The notes: generated by a model from the sequence alone, not told the origin. 63,533 nucleotides of DNA, filler included, from Octopus bimaculoides (GCF_001194135.2; 5 parts of 5 records of this genome joined end to end with filler, not necessarily neighbours in it); one strand, 5' to 3'. Shown: positions 48,761 to 62,055, numbered from the whole stretch's first letter. Program-made: numbers and translations.

Positions 48761-51182
48761 TGTATGTATGTATGTATGCATTTATTGTATGTATGTGTAT
48801 GGTGGCAGCTGATGAAGGAAATGTTCTCTATGTGGCCTGTGTATTTTCTGTGCTCTGTTTATGTTCTGTTTGTCCACGTTCTTTTTGTGTGACGTCCTGT
48901 ACCCAGATATGCATCTATATATACATGTAGATGTAGGTATGTACATACATGTACGTATATATGCATATAATCACATATTATTTGTATTATATATATATAT
49001 ATCTCCATATAAATACACACAGACATGCACACACTATATAAACAATTGAAATAATAACAGAAAATAAACTATTGATTTTTCTATATCCTCATTACGTTCC
49101 TTTCGATAATATTACAAATTCCATATGTTTATATCTATATAATTTAATATTTACAAATCCATCCCATCTATAAAATTATCCAAATATCAATAGCTGTTTT
49201 CTGTTATTATTTTCATTTTATGAGACCTCTTGTCAGTGTGTACCCTAACTCGAGATATACGCAGCTTTACAGCTTTTGTAGTGTGCAATATTGGAAAATA
49301 AGGAATTTAATGCATTCTTATGGTAATGTGTCGTGCATTTAAAGCCCATCATAAAATTTATATGTGTATGTATGGATATTTGTGTGCGTACACCCCCACA
49401 CTTGCATGCACACACATATGCATACATATAAGCTTACGCAGTCATATATATATATATATATATATATATAGTGTAGTATATTGCCACTTAAGTGTGGCTG
49501 ACCCCTAGGGGTGGATGTTACTGTTGCTTTTAGCNNNNNNNNNNATAGTGATGTATATTATATATTTATGTTTCTATATAGGGAAAAATAATTTTCTGTT
49601 TGAGTGTATTTATATAATTGTGTATGCATGCATACATATATACACACATGCATTCCTATATATGTGTGTGTGGTGGGGGAGGGGGTGTGTGTGTGTGTCG
49701 GGTCTATGTATGTATGTAGTTAAGTGAGTATGTTCGTTGTGTCTTTTTGTAGATCTTTAAATAATGTGCACATGCATACACACATTTCCATATATACACG
49801 ATTATTCACTATAATCAATACATAACTATCCCTAAACAGAATTAAAGGGTTTATTTAAAAGCAATAAAAATAATAAAAAAAACGAAGTATTATATTTGAT
49901 ATTCATTAAAAATGCTTGTTATGAGACATCAACAAATACATGCAGCTCTGTATTTTGTTATCTCATGGCGGACACAATGTGAAATATATTTTATTTTACC
50001 ACTTTATCTTTACACAGCAATGGCTTCTAAACTTTTAGTCTGTGTTCCCATTGACTGCTTAGAGAAATCGTTACTTAAAGGGAATACTACTTATATCCCT
50101 TTGCCCGTCCAAATGATTTTCACAAGTTTATCCTAAACGTCCATAACTTGTTTGCAGACATTTAGTTAGCCCTTGCTTCGCGTTTTGTGTAATTTAAAAC
50201 TTTCCTTTCATAAGTCTCAAGCTACTCTGGTGGTTGGAAAATGCAAAAATGTATGTCATACTTGATGCATGGATGTCAGGGAAATATGACCTGTGTATCA
50301 CATCTGATATATAGGGAAGACAAAGGGATATGTATATTCACCCATAAACACACATGCAACAACCAAGGTCACTTACACGCGCATTCATATATGTACGCGA
50401 TTATTCACTAAACCTTATTTAAAACCGTATATCGTATTTTTTAAAAAAGTGAAATGCGTATTAAATATCTCCACTGTGCATTCTTTTGTGTATCGCTAAT
50501 GTTGGTGACAAAAGATCTCTCGCATATTTTGAATGTAAGGGCCTTTCTGCAGGGAGAATACGTTTGTGAATAAACTACGATATATTAACGAAAGATTTCT
50601 CGTATTATTCACAGTGAAATGGTTTTCCTCTAATGCGCATCATTTGTTTTGCTTAAAAAAAAAAATCTGTTTTCGACAAAAGTTTCCACATATTTCAGAG
50701 TAGTAGAATTTTGTTTCTTCTTTCCTATTATATATTTCTTTGTGCGTGAAGATATTGTTTTGCGAAAAGAATGTTTTCTTACAAGTCTCACAGTGATACT
50801 GAGTATCTTTTCTATGTCACAATCATTGATCTGTAAATGCTTCACTGCGTGAATGTACCTCATTACTGTTCTATTAACAAACCACTTTAGCCCATAGTAC
50901 GCTGAATTCCAATAGCGTCTCCAGTTTTGCAATGTCGTAAATAAATCCCATCATCATATGGTGAAGGTAGCTGGGTTGCAGTTTGACGATCCATGCTTCT
51001 GTCATGGACTGCTATATGATGGATATATACATGTTGGCAGTCAAACTAGCTTTATATCAATACTCCAGATAGAAACACTAAGAACATTGTTTATCATGGT
51101 ATGGAGCCCTTCTCAGAAAATTGTTTAAGATTTAACAGACGAAATCGTTTTGTTGAACTGTGTGTCTGCTACAAAGAATATA

Positions 51183-52426
51183 TCAGGTCATCCCATAAGT
51201 TCTGTCCGATTTTACCTTTTTTTAAAATTAAATGAAATTAATAGTATTTTAGAATGTCTAATGGAATTAAAAATTATTTTTATTTATTTGTGTGCATTTA
51301 AACTAATTAAATAATATTTTACAGAATAATAGAATTAAAATTTATTCGATTAAAACCCTTTCTAACATGGAATTATCCAAAGATCAGTTGAGGCACATAA
51401 TGCTTTATGAGTACAAAAAAGGAAATTCTGCAGCCGAAGCGACTCGAAACATACACTCAGTGTATGGGAAAGAATGCTTGAATAAAAGAACTTGCAGAAG
51501 ATGGTTTGCAAAATTCAGAAGTGGAGATTTCAGCCTTGAAGATGAAGATCTAACAGGACGTTCAGTTGAGTTTGATGATAAGCTCCTTGATGCATTACTT
51601 CAAGAAAATCCTGCATTATCAGTTGAAGAATTGGCAATAAAGTTTAGATTAAACCATACAAATGTTCGTCGTCATCTTCAACAACTTGGAAAGGTTCCTA
51701 AACTTGGGAAATGGGTGCCTCAAGAATTGTCCGAAAGCAACCGCAAATCCTGAGTTGACATCTGCTCTTCTCTCCATTCTCGCGAACTCATTTCACCCTT
51801 TTTGAATAGACTTGTGACTGGTAACAAAAATGGATCTTCTATCGAAATGTTAAACAGTGGCTTGGTAAAAGGGAAAAAAGCTCAACCACAACTGAGAAGG
51901 GAACTTCATGGGAAAAAAGTTCTTCTCTATATCTGGTGGGATTGCAAAGGAGTAATTCACTTTGAATTATTACTACCTAATGCAACAATTAATGCTCAAG
52001 TCAGCAATTATAGCATTTGAACCAAGCTTTGAAGAAAAAAAGACCCGCTTTAGTGAATCGAAAAGGAGTGAATTTTCATCAGGACAATGCGCGACCCCAC
52101 ACTGCAAAGATCACATCACAGAAGATCGAAGAGCTTGGTTGTGAAAAAAATTCCTCATCCATCTTATTCTCCCGATCTTACTTCTTTAGACTAACATTTG
52201 TTTTGTAGTTTACAGAATAATTTGGGGGACATAACTTTAGCAAGCCAGGAGGAGGTCGAAACCGAAAGAGTTTTACATATATGAGATTAAAAAGCTTGTA
52301 AATAGATGGAAGGAAGTCATAGATAATCAGGGAAAGTACAGTGATGATTACATTTCAATTAAATATAACATTTGATCACTTGTTTTCTTTATTAAAAATT
52401 TGGACAGAGCATATGGAATGACCTGG
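51183..52426 (+). mobile_element. Near full-length mariner (DD34D-type) element
   Basis: About 30-bp imperfect TIRs TCAGGTCATCCCATAAGTTCTGTCCGATTTT and CCAGGTCATTCCATATGCTCTGTCCAAATTTT, TA at both ends; 1244 bp. Confidence 0.93.
51367..52350 (+). pseudogene. Disrupted mariner transposase
   Basis: Intact 128-aa N-terminus (HTH, WVPQEL); then stop and frameshifts; IWWDCKGVIHFELL, HQDNARPHTA, HPSYSPDL, WKEVIDNQGKY. Confidence 0.9.
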
Positions 52427-52676
52427 TACATCTTGTCTTTCAGATAATACGTTCAAGCAGATTTATCACTATTATGTCTTAAGAAATTAGTTATCCCAGG
52501 CAATACTGGATATCCAGGTAACACAAAACACACACACACGCGCGCGCGCACGCACAGATATATATATATATATATANNNNNNNNNNNNNNNNNNNNNNNN
52601 NNNNNNNNNNNNNNNNNNNNNNNNNNNNNNNNNNNNNNNNNNNNNNNNNNNNNNNNNNNNNNNNNNNNNNNNNNNN

Positions 52677-52689
<13 letters not shown>

Positions 52690-52714
<25 letters not shown>

Positions 52715-52930
52715 TTGTCTTTGTGCTTGTATTTGTCCACCACTACAGCTTGACAACCTGTGTTGGTGTGTTTACGTCCTCGTAATTTAACGTTTTAGCA
52801 AAAGAGTCCGATAAGATAAGTGCCAGGCTTGAATAGAAAGTTAGCACTGGGAGTCAATTTATTCGGTTCAAAATACTTGAAGGTGGTGGCCCTGTATCGC
52901 CACAGTCTAATAACTAAAACATGTAAAATA
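52690..52930 (+). mobile_element. SINE-B 3' half
   Basis: Starts in (TG)n; GCTTGACAACCTGTGTTGGTGTGTTTACGTCC...GGTGGTGGCCCTGTATCGCCACAGTC. Confidence 0.7.
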
Positions 52931-53105
52931 TATACGTTTTTAATTTTTTTTTGCTATAAAGCTAAGAAGCTCATTTCTGCAAAAATTTCCAGAAGAAAAG
53001 GTCCTAACCCTGAAATATCGAAATACAAAATAAAAGTACAAACTATCATCCTGTATTATTTCATATAAACATGCATTGCTTTTTGGCTTTAAAAAATATA
53101 CTTAA

Positions 53106-53141
<36 letters not shown>

Positions 53142-53825
53142 NNNNNNNNNNNNNNNNNNNNNNNNNNNNNNNNNNNNNNNNNNNNNNNNNNNNNNNNNNN
53201 NNNNNNNNNNNNNNNNNNNNNNNNNNNNNNNNNNNNNNNNNNNNNNNNNNNNNNNNNNNNNNNNNNNNNNNNNNNNNNNNNNNNNNNNNNNNNNNNNNNN
53301 NNNNNNNNNNNNNNNNNNNNNNNNNNNNNNNNNNNNNNNNNNNNNNNNNNNNNNNNNNNNNNNNNNNNNNNNNNNNNNNNNNNNNNNNNNNNNNNNNNNN
53401 NNNNNNNNNNNNNNNNNNNNNNNNNNNNNNNNNNNNNNNNNNNNNNNNNNNNNNNNNNNNNNNNNNNNNNNNNNNNNNNNNNNNNNNNNNNNNNNNNNNN
53501 NNNNNNNNNNNNNNNNNNNNNNNNNNNNNNNNNNNNNNNNNNNNNNNNNNNNNNNNNNNNNNNNNNNNNNNNNNNNNNNNNNNNNNNNNNNNNNNNNNNN
53601 NNNNNNNNNNNNNNNNNNNNNNNNNNNNNNNNNNNNNNNNNNNNNNNNNNNNNNNNNNNNNNNNNNNNNNNNNNNNNNNNNNNNNTTTCAATAAACCTCA
53701 AGATGGGTGGAACGTTTGTTAGTTTACGTCATGCTAAAAATGACAAAATGAAAACGAGAAACCCTTTGATAATTTCTTCAGACGAGCACCTGATTGGGCT
53801 GCGAAATTGAACAACAACAACAACA

Positions 53826-53887
<62 letters not shown>

Positions 53888-54065
53888 CCTTTCTACTATA
53901 GGTACAAAGCCTGAAATTGGTATGGGGAGGGGGTAAGTCGATCACATCGACCACGAAAGGATGAAAGCAAAGTCGGTCTCGGCGGAATTTGAACTCCGAA
54001 CGTAGCGGCAGACGAAATACCGCTAAGCATTTCGCCCGGTGTGTTAACGATTCTGGCAGCTAGCC
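53826..54065 (-). mobile_element. SINE-A with internal deletion, embedded in (AAT)n on both sides
   Basis: Reverse complement of head, B box and type-1 tail; core collapsed to CCTTTCGTGGTCGATGTGATCGAC. Confidence 0.88.
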
Positions 54066-54066
54066 T

Positions 54067-54128
<62 letters not shown>

Positions 54129-54130
54129 TG

Positions 54131-54161
<31 letters not shown>

Positions 54162-54163
54162 GA

Positions 54164-54194
<31 letters not shown>

Positions 54195-54241
54195 GAATGA
54201 TGATGATGATGATGATGATGATGATAATAATAATAGTAAAA

Positions 54242-55013
54242 GGATCTATACCATCTCAATCACGGATTTTTTAATAAATTTTTTGTTAACTAAACAGTTT
54301 GAAACTTCTAATACTGGTAGAAGTTCTCACGTAGAATACGGCTTACTTTGAACGTTTTTGACAAAAATTGGTTCGAAGAATCGCAGCTAGCATTTTTGTT
54401 GTAGACGTATATATACTTTAAAAATGCTTTATTTTACAACTATGAAATGTATTGATATTGTCATGATTTTATCTTACTATAATCAACAAGAAACACATTT
54501 CGTCAATATAAAAGTCTTTATTAGATAAAGAATAACATTATCAAAACATGAAGGAAAAGCAAAACAGCGGCTTATGCACTGGAAAATACGGTTATTGTAG
54601 TGGCAGTGACAAGTTCGCTCGCTGGTTGCTAGTTGATAGTGTAAAAGGGAGGGAAAGACTAAGGAATGCACGGTGTTGACTAGAAAGGAAGAAAGGATAA
54701 AGGTGGTTCGCTTGGCATACGAATAGAACAGATTGGTGACATTTAGTAGAGATTGCCCGGAAGTTGTTCCTCTTCGATTACTATCGTAAACAGTAGTAGC
54801 TTTCTTCAACCGAATATACGTCGTTGATTGGTTGAAATTACCCAAATACGATAACTTTAACACGAAATAACTTCTAAAATAGGAAATGTTGTCAAAAAAC
54901 GTTTAGAGTAAACTGTGTTCTACGTGAGAAATTCTACCAGTATTCGAAGTTTCAAACTGTTTAGTTAAAAGAAATTAATTAAAAAAAATCTGTGATTGCG
55001 ATGAAATAGATCC
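54242..55013. mobile_element. Second GGATCTAT-terminated non-autonomous DNA transposon with about 128-bp TIRs
   Basis: TIRs 54242-54369 and 54884-55013 are roughly 80% identical by eye; flanks TAGTAAAA and TAATAAAG (6/8 match, decayed 8-bp TSD). Confidence 0.82.
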
Positions 55014-56280
55014 TAATAAAGTACAAAAGCTGAAGAAAAAAAAAAAGACGGAAAGGAAGGAAATAAAAAAAAAAATGAAAGAAAACAACCGAGAATGGGA
55101 AAATAAATTTATAGTAGTAAATATAAAGGAAAAGGAAATTATAAGAAAAATATAAACGGAAGATCTAATGCATTTAATTCGATCGCCTGCTCAAATAACT
55201 TCAAGTAAAGAACATTAAGTTTAAAACTGCGCACGAACGTTTATTATTTATGAGCGGTGAACATTTCAGTTGTCCCCAGTGTTAGTTTGGACCGCCATTT
55301 AGATATTTGAGAAGAAACGACCGACCAGACAACCATACGCATATTTAGACTAAGGCGTACAAACAAACGTACACACATATATACATAGACATACGTGCAC
55401 ACAACTATACGTTTAGTAATTGACTTAGGAGGATGCAGTAGAGATATTTTCATTCGATTTTACTTTAGTGTTATTTTTTTAATTTTTAATTTTTTATTAT
55501 TTTCCCTTTTTCTCAGCAATAACGAAAATACTATAGTTATGAGGAATAGTTATGAGGAATGCGATACATTCTAATACAAAATATTCTCACACAAACCGTA
55601 TACTACACACATACACATACACACACGTGTGTAAACATGTGCGCATGCGTGTGTGCGTGACTCTGTGCGTGTCTCTGTGCGTGTGACTATGTACACATAC
55701 ATATACACGTATACACACGTATATATCTAGATATGGACTTATTATCAACGTATATCTTGGCACGAGTGTATGTGTGCAGGTACTTACATATGTATGTCTT
55801 TATGTATGCATATATATGTATATATGAATGTATGTATGTACGTATGTATGTATGTATGCATGTATGCATGTGTGTTTGTATTTGTGACTGTGTGAGCGTG
55901 TATTTCTATGCGTGTGTTTGTCTTGATGTGTGTGAGTGTGAGAAAGAGACAGGTAGTCAGTAAAATGAGAGAGAGAGAGAGGAAGGGAAGAGAGCATGTA
56001 CGTTCTGTATGTATGTGAGTTTGTGTGCGCTCGTGTGTGTGTTTGTGCACGTGTGTATGTGTGTATGTGCGTGTGTGTGTGTTTGTGCACGTGTGTATGT
56101 TTGTGTCTGAGAGAGTGTTTATGAGAGAACGCTCATACTCTAAAACTACTAACAAAATAAGCCCAAACATGTATACATAAATGGAAGTCCTCATAAACAC
56201 TCTCTCACACACAAACATACACACACACACACACACACACGAGCGCTCACAGACTCACATGCATACAGAACACATAGACA

Positions 56281-56318
<38 letters not shown>

Positions 56319-56788
56319 GTCTCTTTATTACACTCACACGTACAGACACACGCATAGACACACGTATAGACACGCACGCTTACACAGTCACACACACAAA
56401 CACACACGTATACATACATACATACATATATACGTAAGTGCATGCAAATTTCCAAATACACATATACACACATGTAAACACTCAAACATATATATATATA
56501 TAAATACTCAGACACACATATAAAAACCCCAAATCATTCACATACTCACTCAGTGACACTCTTCTTAACAAACATAAATATATAGGCACAGTCTGTTAGT
56601 GTCCCCAAAGAACCACAGGGAACGATAAAATCGAAGTAAAATTTAATGAGAAGGAAATTGGAAACTTTCCAGAACATTCTTCACTAACTGGTTATCATGG
56701 CTGTCGTACAATTTTCGTTGTGATTTACGCGGAGAGAATCTCAGCACTTGTAAAGAAAACGGTGAAATGGTATAAATGGATAGAATTA

Positions 56789-56845
<57 letters not shown>

Positions 56846-57058
56846 AGAGGTGGAAATAAATAAAGAACGGAAAGAGTGCGACAAGGAGAGGATGAAGAGA
56901 AAGATATACAGAGAGGCAATGGAATGATCGAGAAGGTAGGACAGAGCAATGGATAGATGGATATATGGGGAGAAAGTACTGAGGCATAAAAGAGAGAGGG
57001 GGACGGGGGCGGGGTTAAACATTCAGAGAAAGCAGAGTGACAGCAGCATACATGCATA

Positions 57059-57420
57059 CGAGGTGGTATCAAAAGGTTCCCCGGACTAGTTGTGTTTAAT
57101 AAAAAAAATAACTATTTACCTAAATTTTAACATTAACTCCTTCGAAATAGTCACCGTGCACAGCAGTGTACCGCTCCCTGCGTTCCTGCCACTTTTGGAA
57201 TACGGTCTGGAAGTCGTTTTCCGTGAGCAAATCGAGGACCTCTGCGTTTCGCCGTGGAATCTCGACAACGGTGTTTAAAACGGCAACTTTTGAGCGGCAT
57301 TTTCATCTTGAGGGAAAAGATGGAAATCCGCAGGTGCTAAATCTGGCGAATAGGACGGGTGCGGAAGCGATTCTATGTTGTTTTGGGCGAGAAACTCAGG
57401 AGTGAGGAGAGCTTGGTGAG
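57059..57420 (-). mobile_element. Mariner 3' fragment, same family as 29663-30969
   Basis: TA|CGAGGTGGTATCAAAAGGTTCCCCGGACTAGT TIR; reverse-complement transposase C-terminus ...WQERRERYTAVHGDYFEG. Confidence 0.85.
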
Positions 57421-57597
57421 AGATCCGGTTGCTTTCGCCGAATGTCGTTTGATCTCTCTCTTTCGCCCTCTCCTCCTGCCTCCCCCCTGTCTCCCTCTGT
57501 TTCTTTCCGTCTCTCTGTCTCCACCTCTCTCTTTCTCTCTCTCTATATAGATATATGTATAGTATACGATATGTATATACATATATATAATATACGA

Positions 57598-57628
<31 letters not shown>

Positions 57629-57629
<1 letters not shown>

Positions 57630-57833
57630 AGTTTCTGGCTCGAATGGTATCACGAAAGGCCTGGTTGGAGGCCCAACCGTCCGAGTTCTTTTGCAGGGCT
57701 TAGAAAAACCGAAGGACCGCTGCAATGATTGTGTGACTCTGAGAGGAGAATATGTTGAATAAAATCATAATTAACTCATCTTCCTGTATTATTTTCTTTT
57801 CCCCAAAGCCAGGAACTTTTCAACATCCTATCG
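57629..57833 (+). mobile_element. Mariner-derived MITE (left TIR eroded)
   Basis: Reverse-complement match to 48513-48728; retains FFCRA/GLEKPKDRCNDCVTLRGEYVE* transposase tail. Confidence 0.82.
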
Positions 57834-58284
57834 TATAAGTAATTTCGTGTTTCAGTACAATCCATATGCATTCTTGAAAGTCCTGAAGCTTGATAGTCAC
57901 AGATATGATGCTTTCAGGAGCACTATTTCATTCATTGCTTTCTGGTACACCATAATTATAACTGTATATGCTCAGCAGTTCTTATTGATATCGAGATAAT
58001 TTGAGCACGCTCTGTGGTGTTCAAGTATATGGGAAAAACTGCTGATGTAAAAAATATTAGTTATGACTTTTCGATTTTGCCTCCGTTTTTATTTTTCGGA
58101 AGTTGTATAAAATCTCTTTCTTATGTCCCATTTTATGATATTAGAGTGGCAAAGTGGGTACCTCTATAGCTCCAGATCATGTCTGGAAACATGCTGTAGG
58201 TAGTTTTACGATTCATCTTCGATTAAAATACGCTTGCATATATGTATGAATGCATGTTTATATACATATATATAATGTACATAT

Positions 58285-58660
58285 GTGGAGGCCCAGTGGT
58301 TTGGGCAACGGACTCGCGGTCATAAGATCACAGTTTCGATTCCCAGACCGGGTGTTGTGAGTGTTTATTGAGCCAAAACACCTAAAGCTCCACGAGGCTC
58401 CGGCAGGGGATGGTGGCGAACCCTGTTGTACTCTTTCACCACAACTTTCTCTCACTTTTACTTTCTGTTTCTGTTGTGCCTGTATTTCAAAGGGTCAGCC
58501 TTGTCACACTGTGTCACGCTGAATATCCCCGAGAACTACGTTAAGGGTACACGTGTCTGTGGAGTGCTCAGCCACTTGCACGTTAATTTCACGAGCAGGC
58601 TGTTCCATTGATCGAATAAACTGGACCCCTCGACGTCGTAGGCGACGGAGTGCCAACAAA
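58285..58660 (+). mobile_element. Full-length SINE-C with 9-bp TSD TGTACATAT
   Basis: TSD at 58276-58284 and 58662-58670. Confidence 0.9.
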
Positions 58661-58699
58661 GTGTACATATACGTACATACATATATGGACGTATATATT

Positions 58700-59043
58700 A
58701 TAGCTTTCATCTTTTATCTGGTGTCAGTCATCAGGCTTCAGCCATGCTGGGGTACTCTCTTGGCATTTAGCCGAACGAATAACTCCAGTACTTATTCTTC
58801 TAAAGCCTGGTGCTTATACTATCGGTCAATTTTGCCAAACCGCTAAGTTATGGGGACGCAAACACTCCAATACCAATTGTCAAGCAAACACACACACACA
58901 CACACACATCCTCACTCATATGACGACCTTCTTTCAGTTTCCGTCTACCAAATCCATTCACAAGGTCGGCCCGAGGCTGTAGTAGAAGACACTGAACTCT
59001 GAACCATGTGGTAGGAAAGTAAACTTCTTCGCATACAGCCACA
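58700..59043 (-). mobile_element. Degenerate SINE-B
   Basis: Reverse complement of head, GGAAACTGAAAGAAG, core and tail. Confidence 0.78.
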
Positions 59044-59389
59044 TATTTATACATATGTATGTATGCATGTATGTATGTATGTATGTATGTATGTATGTAT
59101 GTATGTATGTATGTGTGTGAGAGTGCGTGTTTGTCTATACGCCTCTATGCCTCCCACACACATATCAAGAAATAAATATAGATATGGGATATTTTTTTGA
59201 ATATTCTGAATCTTTTTTAACAAGAAAGGCAACCAAGTAGCTTATTTGCAGGAAGAAAAACAGTTTATATATGGATGTGCTCAAACAGAATTGAATCTTA
59301 AAACACTGAATCGGAAAAAAAAACATTATAGAATTGAACATAATGTTTTGCGATATTAGTTATAAATTTTTACGATATGACTTCAGTCT

Positions 59390-59530
59390 TCATCGACGCC
59401 AACTCTGCTTTTAACATTCCGTGGACGACAAAATAAAGTACCAGTTGAGTGTTGGAGTCAATAAAATATAGTACCACTTGAGTGCTCCATTCCCCGACTA
59501 AATTTCTGAGCTTGTGCTTATATTAAAAAT
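59390..59530 (+). mobile_element. Old SINE-A 3' fragment with internal duplication
   Basis: AAATAAAGTACCAGTTGAGTG is repeated as AAATATAGTACCACTTGAGTG; tail AAATTTCTGAGCTTGTGCTTATATTA. Confidence 0.55.
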
Positions 59531-60449
59531 GTAATGTTTTTGAACAGCCTTTGGTTGGCAAAATTGTTAAAGCGTAGAAGAAAATGTCCTGCAGTATATA
59601 GTTAGGGCCCTTTATGATCTGAGCTAAAATTTCACAAAAGTAAGGTTTGTCTTTTATGTTTCTGGACTCTGTAAAATGAAAGAATAGTCATGTACGAGGG
59701 TGCTATAATGGAATATATTCTCTACCAAAATAAGCGACCTTGTGACTGCGTTAGAAATCAATATTAGACGTTAAAGACTTCCTTGAACTATCTGTGATAT
59801 TTAGTAATATCCAAGATTTAATCGACTCAGAATACAGAAAGGCGAAAATTAACCCAGACGAGAAATAAGGTAGCTAGGGTGGGCCATGGGGAAGTTCTAC
59901 GTTGGGCGACGCTTTTATGGGGCGGCACTTTCAGGTCTGCAGTATAAGCTTGTATAGGGGGACAAATGGAGGCAAACTCAGGGGATTCCCGGGAAGTACA
60001 CGTTTCAGTTATGTTCTAAATAGACTATTCCATAACTATATATATATATATNNNNNNNNNNNNNNNNNNNNNNNNNNNNNNNNNNNNNNNNNNNNNNNNN
60101 NNNNNNNNNNNNNNNNNNNNNNNNNNNNNNNNNNNNNNNNNNNNNNNNNNNNNNNNNNNNNNNNNNNNNNNNNNNNNNNNNNNNNNNNNNNNNNNNNNNN
60201 NNNNNNNNNNNNNNNNNNNNNNNNNNNNNNNNNNNNNNNNNNNNNNNNNNNNNNNNNNNNNNNNNNNNNNNNNNNNNNNNNNNNNNNNNNNNNNNNNNNN
60301 NNNNNNNNNNNNNNNNNNNNNNNNNNNNNNNNNNNNNNNNNNNNNNNNNNNNNNNNNNNNNNNNNNNNNNNNNNNNNNNNNNNNNNNNNNNNNNNNNNNN
60401 NNNNNNNNNNNNNNNNNNNNNNNNNNNNNNNNNNNNNNNNNNNNNNNNN

Positions 60450-60500
<51 letters not shown>

Positions 60501-60784
60501 CATGTATGGATGTATATAGATATGCACGTATGTTTATATGTGTGTGCGTGCGTGCATGTGTGTGTGTGTTTGCAATTTGAATATTTTAAAATGCATGTAG
60601 CTTCAAACTAACACACCATTTATATTTTGAGTAAGCTTCCATAATCTAACGCTCAACCATGTGTTTAATGTGCATATGAATGGCTTTGTGGACATGTTAA
60701 ATACGTAAATAAAGAGCAGTGTGCGCTGTGCTTTAATGTTCTGTACATATTTATGAATATGCACATGCTAGAGTTGCTGCAACA

Positions 60785-60915
60785 GTAAAGCGGCAGGTTA
60801 AATGCTTTTCATTATTCGTTAATGTCTCTTTATGTTCCAAGTTCGAATCCTGTGAAAGACATCTTTGCCTTTCATCCTTCTGGAATTCGTAGAATAATTA
60901 CCGTTGATAAAACAC
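60785..60915 (+). mobile_element. Old SINE-A fragment
   Basis: AAATGCTT...AAGTTCGAATCC...CTTTGCCTTTCATCCTTC. Confidence 0.55.
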
Positions 60916-61156
60916 AGTCCAGCGAAGCATCCGCGTCAATATACACGACCGTACCTTTTCTCTTAAAATGTGTAGTCTCACGACTGTATTAAACTATCAT
61001 TATATATGTATGCAAAGTTAAATAATATATATACATATATATATATATATACATACNNNNNNNNNNNNNNNNNNNNNNNNNNNNNNNNNNNNNNNNNNNN
61101 TTAATTAATTAANNNNNNNNNNNNNNNNNNNNNNNNNNNNNNNNNNNNNNNNNNNN

Positions 61157-61301
61157 GTGATTGTAGGATCTCTAGGAATGATAAAAAAAAGGTACTGAAA
61201 CCTATTTGAAAATGATACCAGGCTTACCATCCCTACAGGAAGTGCAAAAAATCGTGCTAACTGGAACGACTCATGTACTGAGAAGAGCATTATCGCTGTG
61301 A
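61157..61301 (+). mobile_element. C-terminus of a third R4/Dong-like family
   Basis: VIVGSLGMIKK/GTETYLKMIPGLPSLQEVQKIVLTGTTHVLRRALSL* with one frameshift. Confidence 0.75.
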
Positions 61302-61714
61302 AAACAACATTCATTCATTATTTTTATCTATTTATTTTTTTTTCTTAAATACATGTTTTACCTGTGAATTTGCGTGTGTAAACTGGGAATGCATACAACG
61401 AGTTTCTCTGCCCTAGGTGTACGGAAAACACTCGGCGAGAAATGGAAGAAAATTTGAAGAAAGAAGAAAAAAAAACATAATAATAATAATAATAGTGAGA
61501 GAGAGGAAAAAAAAAGAAAGCCATATCAATGTGTATGCAAGTCAATATGTGCAGTAAACTATAACATAAAAATGAAAATCTAACGGATATGTTTAAAGAA
61601 ATAGTTACATGTCAAGACAAAGTGCAATATAATGTAAACAAGGCCATGTGTGTATAGTAGAATATAACGCAACCGGTACACTAGCAGAAAAGAAACCATA
61701 CAGAGTTATAAGTA

Positions 61715-62055
61715 TACATAGTAAGTAGTTTGCAAGTTCAGTCCCATTGCTTGGTACTTTTAGCAATTGTCTTTTCCTATAGCCCCGAGCCAACCAAGAC
61801 ATCGTGAGTGGATTTGGTAGAGAGAAATTGTATGTATATATGTGTATGTATGCGTGTGTGTATTTCTGTTTCTGCTTGTCTCCACCACACATTCAACCGG
61901 TTGGTTTGTTTACGTCACCGTTCAGCGAAAATAGACCGATAGAATATGCACCTAGCTTAAAATAAATACGGGGGTCGATTCGTCCAATTAAACCCTCCAA
62001 GGCAGTGTCCCAGCATGACCGCAGTTCAGAGACAGAAATGATTAAAAGATTAAAG
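61715..62055 (+). mobile_element. Degenerate SINE-B
   Basis: AAGTTCAGTCCCATTGC...GTGAGTGGATTTGGTAG...GACCGATAGAAT...CCCAGCATGACCGCAG. Confidence 0.75.

Noticed and set aside
59693-59720. TACGAGGGTG as a mariner terminus
   Set aside because: No partner TIR or transposase remnant nearby.
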